Assembly: GCF_006345805.1 (NCBI RefSeq)
Contig: NC_043011.1
Coordinates: 19,170,464-19,234,463, forward strand
Direction of reading: 5' to 3'
DNA length: 64,000 bases
From: Octopus sinensis
Taxonomy: Eukaryota
Shown: positions 53,790 through 64,000 of the stretch, piece by piece
Position numbering within the stretch: the first letter of the stretch is position 1
How the letters are laid out: every line of letters starts with the position of its first letter
Notes under the pieces: generated by a model
Seen by the model: the letters and a program-made list of their open reading frames with translations, nothing else
Database searches by the model: none
What the model was told of the DNA's origin: nothing
Position numbers and translations under genes: made by a program

Positions 53790-56360
53790 TGAACTTTAAA
53801 ATTGTTTTCGGAGAACTAAAAAAAAAATATCCTACATTTGGCGAAAAATTCTATTTTGAAACATGAAAAGTTTGTTTTGTAGAATTGTAGTAGTAGCTGA
53901 ATTTTGTAATTGAAAATGATTTTCAAAATTCATATTGAAGCTAGAATGAATCGACTTTCAGATAGATTATTGCATTTCCTATTTCTAAAGTGATTTAATC
54001 GAGTTCTTTATATAAGTACTTAAGTCTAGCGGTAGTAAATCAGAAAATCAAAACTTTTGATTGGAACTCAGAGGTTAACCGATTCAATTATCTTCCCATT
54101 GATTTCATGGAAATAAAAATCGATGTTTTGTGAACTAAACTAATAAATATATTGAATCATTTTAATACTCGAATTGCTGTTTAAGTCTGAATCTGTTTAT
54201 TGTTACTTCAAATCAAGTAATGATGACGTTATTAAACTTAATAATAAGGGTATGGAAAGTACATTTGTTGATGCATTTGCTGATATTTTCTAGCTGTGTA
54301 TCCCCATGGCTGGATATATGATCAACACGTTTATGATTGCATATTATCTTCAATATACACGTAGAGGTACATTCCTCCATCTGACGCCCTTTACAGATGC
54401 CTCTCCATGAAATTCTTTCGTAATCTACAAGGGTTGGCAATTCAATTTCTCTGTTTTCTACTTGTATTTAAAGAAACATCTTGGTAATTTCTTCTCTGTC
54501 ATAAATGGTAAAACAGATGAGCATCAACAATCTGAAAAAGAAGACTTAACTCTTTTGAAGATTTACATACTTGTAACGATTCCAATATTTACGTATACAA
54601 ATATGTATGTACGTGTGACTGTGTTTCTGTGTTTGTATGTATGTATGAATGATATCTTATTGGTTCTATTCAACCATAATGTATTTGATATTCTTTATTT
54701 TTTTAATTTTTGTTTTCACGTTAGATGTATTCAAAATCCTAAATCAATATACCTCTCGTGAAAGGTACTTGTTGCAGATATCTATGATGCTACGGCTATT
54801 TTATTTAAGAAATTGAGTAGTATCTTTCACTTTTATATACTTTTTGTTTGGCCTGATTTTATAGGAGGACACACAACAACCGTGTGTATATGTGTGTTTT
54901 TATGCTTGTGCCTCTGTTTACAAATAAACATATAAAACTGATTTGTATAAACAAAATATTATAGCAGCAATGATAACAAAATGTACATAACTAGCTGATG
55001 ATAACGGCGACAGTAATGATTTTGATGATGATTGTGATGCTGATGGTGGTGGCAGCGGCCATGGTGATGATGGTAGTGGTGGTGGTGGCGGTGCTGGTGC
55101 TGGTGCTGGTATTTGTGGTTGTTATGAGTGAGTGTGATGGAAGTGAAAAATGATTGATTGGAAATGTACAGGTTATGAAATGAATTATGTAGTGTCAAGT
55201 CGTGTATGTAGGAACGAGAAGACCTCGAAACTGTGAAGCAAATATTTTATTAATGACATTTAAGAAGGTTTCATCAACGTGATTCTTATAATGGCTTTGT
55301 ATTATAAATATATTTCTTACAACGTTGAAGAGGTAAATCGCACCCCGTCCACTACGTTTTCAACACGATCGATAGTTTAGTATTTATAGTTGTATATTCT
55401 CTCGTGTATTTAAACTTTCTAAGAAGTATAGCAACAAGCGAAAAAGTAAACGAAGATGGAAAGAGAAAATAACTGCAGATGAAAAATTATATCTCCAGAA
55501 TAATTCCATTAATATACCAATTGAACATGTCATAGAATTCCTTGACCAATTTTAGATTTATGGTAAGTGGATTAAAATGTTGCATAGGGTTTTAGATGTA
55601 CTGGCAAAAATACTCGATATATCTGTCCTCCTCAAAACCTGATCTTATTGGTTCTATTCAACCATAATATGTTAATCAGTTCTATGGAATTTCGTAAACG
55701 ATCGTATGCAATGAAATGAAGGACACTAAAATTCCTGTGATTTACGTAGCGACTTCAATTTAAATATTGATTTCATAGATTCATTTACGTAGCTCCATAA
55801 GTATGATACATGAACTGTGAATAGTGGTTGGTAGGAAAATGATTCATTAGATTAATATCAATTCATATGATTGCCAATGAAATGAAAGTCCAGGGAAAGA
55901 AGGTCATAATATAAGAAATGTTATACAAAAGGAGAGGAAAGTTTCTCTGAAACATTCCTGTACCAGTAATATTCAATATGCAATAAATAATATAGTTGAA
56001 TATGGAATGGATTTAAGAGTTTTCAGCTGGGTGCGTAACCTTAACTCATGGGAAATGTCATGAGTCAGAATATATACCTTGATTCTATATGAAGCGCTTT
56101 TCAGGGAAATCTATGTAAAGGAATCTGGTGAGTGGCAAAATATATTTACTACACCAAGATATATATCACATATAATGTACATTACGCAATATTACTTAAG
56201 GCTGTAAGTTTACGTCTATGCTATATCAGAAAAGTTAACATACATGCGTCAAAAGTATTGGTCATCCACTGAAAATATAGTATAGTATTTGTTTACGCCT
56301 ATAAGTTTTCACAGAGTTAAATGAGTTTGTTTGGATTTGTGTTGTAAGTTAAGCTTTCAG
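53790..56360 (+). pseudogene. Degenerate module copy (Y, Z and downstream blocks)
   Basis: Paralog of 39340-42440. Frame 54168-54572 has only 2 stops. Z ends TATG|GTAAGT at 55562. A further AG..GTGAGT segment lies at about 56027-56128. Confidence 0.65.
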
Positions 56361-56537
56361 GTGTTAGACTTCGACACAAACCATTTCCATATTATTTCTT
56401 CTTACTCCCTACAGCTTTGACATATATAAATTATACACTGTAAAATTACGCTGGTATTTTAGATTCACCTCTGCACACACATGCCTAATATACACTTATG
56501 TACACTCACAAACATTCGCTTACACACACGCACACAG

Positions 56538-56644
<107 letters not shown>

Positions 56645-56816
56645 ATATGAAATATGAATTAGAGATAAAACCAGTATTAGGCAACTCAAAGAGCGATAGA
56701 CATAACACTGAGGGTGTTATATATTTATACTGTGAAATTTGATTTAATCCTAAATCGAATTTTCCCCTGCAAGTTTGGATTCATACTCCCTAATATTATT
56801 ACTATTATTATTATTA

Positions 56817-57400
<584 letters not shown>

Positions 57401-57904
57401 CATTATTATATATATCTACAAAATTTATTTAGACAGTAGACAGTAGTTAGTGAGTAAATATGTACCAACAAGCAGAACCACCATTAAATATGACCGAGGA
57501 TGTTATATACAGCTACATTGCTTGCTGTAATGCTGCAGTTAAAGCACATCATTTTATACAGAGCAGCGGTCGAGATACCTAGACCGATCGGTCACTTTCG
57601 GCTTTGAGCGTAGCCTCTGCAGTGAGATCAGCCCGACTCGTCTGATTTCAGATGACGATCGCTCTCACCATATATGCCTACGCCATAGAAATCCATGGAT
57701 GATTTAATGAATCGCTAATCTGTATACAAATACTTATTTAGGCAGCAGTAAGCAAATGTGTACCAACAAGGATAATTATAACCGGCGTTACCACTCAGGG
57801 TGTTACAAATAACTACATTGCTAGAAATAAGACCTACACGATCTAATGCTGCACTCAGAGCACATAATTGTATACATACATGCTGACAGGGACCAGTTAC
57901 CATC

Positions 57905-58292
57905 AACAAGGTTCCGGGTTTATTCCCACTGCGTGGCACCTTATGTAAGTGTCTTCTACTATAGCCTCGGGCCGAGCAAAGCCTTGTGAGTGAATTTGGT
58001 TGACGGAAACTGAAGCTAAGCCCGTTGTATATATGTATATATATATATGTGAGCGTATATGTTTGTATGTCTGTGTTTGTCCTCGAACTTCACTTGACAA
58101 CTGATGCTGGTGTGTTTACGTCTCCGTAACTTAGCGTTTCGGCAAAAGAGACCGATAGAATAAGTACTAGGCTCATAAAGAATAATTCCTGGGTCGATTT
58201 GCACGACTAAAGTCGGTGCTCGATTTGGACGACTAAAGGCCGCAGTCAAATGACTAAAACAAGTAAAAGAGTAAAAGAGTAAAAGAGTTAAA
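57905..58292 (+). mobile_element. SINE family 2 copy
   Basis: Colinear with 20050-20429. Confidence 0.9.
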
Positions 58293-58294
58293 GA

Positions 58295-60643
58295 ATATAT
58301 ACCAAACTAGTTTCAGCAATATTACTTGTTTATCAATGGTAAAAGTTTAAAATTAGAAAAAAAAACATGTTTAAAAGTTTCAATGTTGACAAATTAAAAT
58401 GATTCAATGATGACTAATTAAAACGTTTCAATGTTGATAAATTAACATGTTGAAAACAGAAGGTTTGAATGTTCATAGCAGTCAATAAAATTAAATATGT
58501 ATATCAATTTGTTTGAATGTATAAAGTTCATTAATTTTAGTGGTGGTCGACAAGCCATACTGAAGAAAACAAGTGTGAAATGAAAATAGTAAAAAAAATT
58601 GGAATTTGGTTTACAGATGTTCGGATCCTCTTCTAATAGACGCTTTCGCATACATATTGGTGTTTCGGGATCAGATGAATTGTTTTGTATGTTTTCCGAG
58701 GTCAAACTCGTCTTTCTACTTGGTTGGTTCCCTTATGGATACGATCATAAGTCGCTTCGGTTGGTTGGTTCTCTGAAAGGGTCATTTCGTTGTATTCGCT
58801 GAAGTTCGGTTTTGATTAAATCTGTAGTTAGGTGAGGTCAGCAACTTGTGTTTATAGTATCTCATTGGACTGGAGGTGAGTGACGTCAGCAGTTGATGTT
58901 TGTATGGTGATATGGAGTTGCGGTTTCGGAACCCCGGTGGAAGATTGTTACTAAAGTTTTCAGAAAAAAAATTTTTCTTGTTCCTAGTTGTTTTTTTTTT
59001 AGTCTTTTAATTTTCTTTTTACTGTCTTTTTCTTTTTTCTAAAGGATATTCAGCTGTGGTTTATATTTCTTAATCACTATATTTTTCTTATTTGAACGGA
59101 ATTGTGTTGACGTGTTTCCAGTGCATTGATAGAGATGGAAGGTTGTTTGGCATTTATGGTTTATGTCTACGGGGCATTGGTCTAGGTGCTTGTGTACGGG
59201 AATTTTCCTAGTGGTGGGGTTCTGAATTTGTTGCCTGTGCACCGTAAGTCTATCTCTCAAAGTTGAGCTTGTTTGACCAATGTAGTGACCACCACAACCT
59301 CCACATTTAAAAACATAGATTAAGTTCTTCGAAGCACAGCTGAAGTCATATTTTGTCGTAGGAGTTTGATCTGACTTAAAATTTCTATGTGGGACCCTCT
59401 AAGAGGAAGATACGAGTTCCGCACTTAGGGCAGTTGCACTTGTTGACTTGTGTGGTTGTATTTTTGGTGGGTAATTTGGCGCTGGTGAGTAATTTATTCA
59501 GGGATTGCGGTTGTCTCGCATTCAATAATTCTGTGTTTCTAGTGCCTTTTTCATCCGTGGGTCTTTCATAAGGAGGGGTATGTTTTGGTGGATGATGATG
59601 TATGCTTCCATATGTTTTTGGATTGTGTGTTGATACGTAAGATAGAGTTTTAAGTGTGTCATGTTGTTTTCTTGTTTTTCGTAACTCTTGGATGTCAATC
59701 ACTTTTGCGTTTTCTATTCCATTTTTGATTAGACTGGCTGGTTATTTTCTATCTAGTAAAGTGTAATTAAGTTTTTGCCGCTTTTCCCGGGTTTCACTAT
59801 TTGATGCAATTGTGAAAATTATTTTCTCTACGTTGAACGGTATATTTATTTTAGTATGTTTTGGGTGGAAAGAGTAGAATAGAAGATATTGTTTTGAGTC
59901 CGTTGGTTTGAAGAAGATGTCAGTTTCAATTTCAGTATCTCTCTTTATTATTAAGATTTTCCAGGAAGGGTAATAGTTTGTGGCTGTATTCCATTGTAAA
60001 CTAGATAGTGTGGTTAATGCTATTGATTAAGTTTCTAAATTTTGAGAGTTGTTCAAGGTTATGTGGCCACAGGATGGCACAGTCATCCAAGTGCCGTTTC
60101 CAGTTGGTGAGTAAGTATTGTTGGAAGTTGTCTCCAAATTTCAATCTAGCGTGTTCGTATATTTTGGTTTTAAGTATGCCATGACAAGGTTGGTAAAAGT
60201 AGGCGCTAACTTCATTCCCATCGCCGTGCCCGATTTTTGTCAATAAGTGTCTTCGTTGAAATGAAAAAGTTATTCTGTAGGAAAGGAGATTATAACAGTT
60301 GTTCTGTAGAAAAGTTGTTCTGTAGAAGAGGATCAAAAGAACTGTAAACCAAATTACCAATTTTTTTACTATTTTCATTTCACACTTGTTTTGTTTCAGT
60401 ATGACTTGTCGACCACCACTAAAATTAATGAACTTTGTACATTCAAACAAATTGATATATAGTTTTAATTTTATTGACTGCTATAAACATTCAAACGTAC
60501 GCCTTCTGTTTTGAACATGTTAATTTATCAACATTGAAACATTTTAGTTTGTCAACATTGAAACTTTTAAAGATGTTTTTTCTAATTTCAAATTTTTACC
60601 ATTGATTAACAAAAAATATTGTTGAAAGTAGTTTGGTATATAT
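58295..60643 (-). mobile_element. 5'-truncated Penelope-like element with inverted terminal repeats of about 340 bp
   Basis: RT WKRHLDDCAILW and GIY-YIG NLIYVFKCGGCGGHYIGQTSSTLRDRLTVHRQQI. 58295-58637 is the reverse complement of 60322-60643. Confidence 0.92.
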
Positions 60644-60751
60644 GTAAATAAATATATTTTAAACATTTCCATGTTTTTAGAATTTAGTTGTATTTTCAAC
60701 AACAGATTTTCCTATATTTTGTTCCTGCGTGGAAACACTACTCCTCTCTTG

Positions 60752-60859
<108 letters not shown>

Positions 60860-60902
60860 GTGTGTGTGTGTATGTGGGTGTGTGTGTATGTATGTAAATA
60901 TA

Positions 60903-60936
<34 letters not shown>

Positions 60937-60939
60937 GTG

Positions 60940-60979
<40 letters not shown>

Positions 60980-61043
60980 TGTATGTATATATATATATGT
61001 ATGTATATATATATATGTGTGTGTATGTATGTATATATATATA

Positions 61044-61100
<57 letters not shown>

Positions 61101-61101
61101 G

Positions 61102-61172
<71 letters not shown>

Positions 61173-61174
<2 letters not shown>

Positions 61175-61305
61175 TCGTCCCTGAAAGGATGAAAGGTAAA
61201 GTCGACCTCGGTGGAATTTGAACTCAGAACGTATTGATGGCGAAATACCTATTTCTTTACTACCCTCAAGGGGCTAAACACAGAGGGGACAAACAAAGAC
61301 AGAGA
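61173..61305 (-). mobile_element. SINE family 1 tail-to-core junction fragment
   Basis: Reverse complement of about 61905-62038. Confidence 0.85.
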
Positions 61306-61894
61306 ATATATATATATATGTACCTGTACCTCCTGGAAATATCGACCAACATCCACATCCTCTTGAAAAAGATGAGCTGTGAATATTCTTGTAAACTGTA
61401 AATATTCCCTTCTAAAATATTAATTCCTTGTCTCTGATGATGCAATGCTCAGTGCGAGAACATACTAACCTACCACATAGCGGTCAATCGACTATAACAC
61501 TTACTCAACGTACCTATTCGTTTAGATCACAAGTGAACTAAACCCCTCATATTCTCTGGAAAGATAGATATATAGATAGACAGACATAGATAGACACTGT
61601 CATATAAACACATGCACACACACACATGCTCACACACATGTATATATTAGTGCACTGTTCATAAGTTAGTTCCTTATGGAAGATAATGATGAGTGTAATA
61701 ACACCACCACACTCAACCACAGTCGACTTCGCTACTTATTTACGACTAGCTCCCATTAGCACCTTTTTCTGAGAACATTTCCTTCGCATCTCAGTCACCA
61801 TTGACTACTCAATACTCTATTTCTCTACGTTCGTTTATCAAACTGAATGATTCTTAAGCCAACTTCCTTTCATACTGGGGGCGATGTGGTCGTC

Positions 61895-62130
61895 TTAATC
61901 CGTTTGTCTGTCCTTGTTTGTCCCATCTGTATTTAGCCCCTTGAGGGTAGTAACGAAATAGGTATTTCGTCTGTCTATACGTTCTGAGTTCAAATTCCGC
62001 TGAGATCGACTTTGCCTTTCATCCTTTCAGGAACGATAAATTAAGTACAGGTTGCGTACTGGCGTCGATCTAATGGACTGGACCGCTCCCACAAAATTTC
62101 GGGCCTTTTGCCTAGAGTAGAAAAGAATAA
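61895..62130 (+). mobile_element. SINE family 1 composite (tail A, truncated head/core, tail B)
   Basis: Matches both tails seen at 1540-1945. Confidence 0.85.
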
Positions 62131-63250
62131 TATGCTGGCCCAGTGGCCTGTTCCAAGAGTGACATAGGTGCATAGAGTGATTGTCAGGCAAATACTAAGA
62201 GTGACAATACGGAAATAAAACAGCAAAAGTGAGGGGAGAGAAGAAGAATGTTGACAAACTGGATTCAACTATAATGTCTGAATTGAAAAACAGTTTTTTG
62301 ATGCGCACCGTCAGTTTTCTCATACTTGAACATTCTTAGATATTAGGCCGTATGACTATGTGTAAAATACCTATCTGTTTTTTTCCCTTTACACCATATT
62401 TCCTGTTAATTGCCTCATTGACTTCATACTCGATAACCAATGATAATTGATATGAGTTGAAATGTAGCAGGAGATATACCATATGCATAGTCCATTGCGA
62501 ACTATATTGATATGCATTCATGAAGTTGTATTGTGATCACATTTAGGCGAGTAATGAAAAATGAACGCAGTTAGATATTTCTTTGTATTTATTATTGACA
62601 AATTATATATCAGCTTGAATAAATGAGACTATTGATACAACTGCTCTGTATATATGTATGTATGTATGTATGTTTGTTTGTATGTATGTATGTGTGTATG
62701 TATGTTTGTGTGTAGGTATGTATATAGGTAGGTTGGTAAGTAGGTATTCATACATATATGCATGCCTGCGTGTATGTTTGTATTATATATGCTTGTGATT
62801 CGAAACTTGAAAAGAGCAATTCATGTTTAAAATTCACCCACACTAACCTAGAGTGTATCTCTGAAAATTAAGATGGATTAAATTCTCAATCGTAATTTTG
62901 TTTTGATCGCTTATTTCCTTTTCAAACGCATACTAGCACAGCACATTCCGATGTAATATTGGCAAATACAAATATATTAATTATACTTTATACAGCCGCA
63001 GAGAAGGAATCCTGTGATGGAAAGAGAAAAAACAATTTATATCACTGTGTATTATTTCTATTTATTTGAACTACCTAGTGATATGAAATTAATACATGTA
63101 CACCAGAAGGAAATTAAAAGTAAATACATAAAAAGAACGTCTTCTAACACTCGTCTAGCATAGCCAGTATGGATGCAAAGATATTGTAGTACACGTTACA
63201 CTGATTTTAAGATTATTTGTTGAGAAACAAACTCGTCACAATTTCTATAG

Positions 63251-63623
63251 CTTTCTTGTTTATGAGATAAAGACATTGGTTTGCAACTAACGTATCTTGC
63301 CTTAGTTATTGCAGCACATTTGACTGATTCTTCGTTTATTTCTAAAACGCCAGCTATTTTTATGATTAGTGAGTCATGTTACGCTGCAAGCCACAACTCA
63401 TTGCGATGCAGTCTTCTTCTGCAAGTATTGACATTTCCAATTCCAAGCTATGTGCCATATGTGATTATCAACTAGTTCTGATTCACGGACAAAGTCCATA
63501 TATTTACTTCATTTATTTTGATTTTGCCTTCCGTTATGCCAAGAATTTTATGTGCTAAACTATCAGGTGAATGAATAAAATACATTACTGTATAACCCAA
63601 TCTTGGTGTCATGATGAGATTGA
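63251..63623 (+). pseudogene. Degenerate exon-like block X
   Basis: ttctatAG ... GTAAGG boundaries. DIGLQLTYLALVIAAHLTDSSFISKTPA aligns with the blocks at 8160 and 29263. Confidence 0.5.
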
Positions 63624-64000
63624 GTAAGGGAAAAACGCTTTTATCAAACAGATTTACCTAGCTGTCAACACTCACCGCTGTTCTAATGTACTCATCAGTA
63701 TTTCAAACACATAATGTTGACAAATTTTAATAGCTGATTCAAATTTCCACCATTCTATATATGACTTACGGAAAGTTATCTTATAGAACATTGTGTTGTA
63801 CCTAATACTCTGGGAATAGATTCAATCAATTTATTTGATATTGATATATTCAAAAGAGATAAAAAATAGTTGCTTTTATCGTGCATATCGAAAAGGGCAT
63901 TCTACTATTTGGCACTATGTATTTAATGGTAAAATACTACATTAATATCACACAAATATATTTTGTTTGATACTACTCAGTATCAAAGTATATCTTTAAT

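Noticed and set aside
61425-61480. CTGATGA-tgca..tgc-GAGA hammerhead-like motif
   Set aside because: GAAA is broken and no stem I or III partner is present. At most a truncated remnant.

Overview
AT-rich, microsatellite-dense eukaryotic DNA. The SINE types and repeat landscape look like an octopus (coleoid cephalopod) genome, recognised from memory and not checked against a database. No intact host gene, rRNA, tRNA gene or CRISPR array is visible, and most listed ORFs are microsatellite artefacts. Mobile DNA includes a complete but decayed Tc1 element, mariner relics, several 5'-truncated R4/Dong-type (RLE) retrotransposons in (TAA)n tracts, a 4.5-kb L1/Tx1-clade LINE plus two older fragments, a CR1/L2-type LINE 5' piece, Penelope-like elements and three tRNA-derived SINE families. 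Four less obvious signals stand out. (1) The apparently unique DNA hides a + strand tandem array of about six highly diverged, stop-interrupted copies of an unidentified coding module (exon-like blocks X-Y-Z), seen mainly at protein level. (2) Three near-canonical type I hammerhead ribozymes lie at 11.6-13.5 kb, two of them in a long inverted repeat. (3) Four perfect 21-41 bp copies of nearby DNA look like locally templated insertions. (4) One SINE 3' tail is shared with the Tx1 LINE. All alignments and translations were done by eye, so boundaries are approximate.
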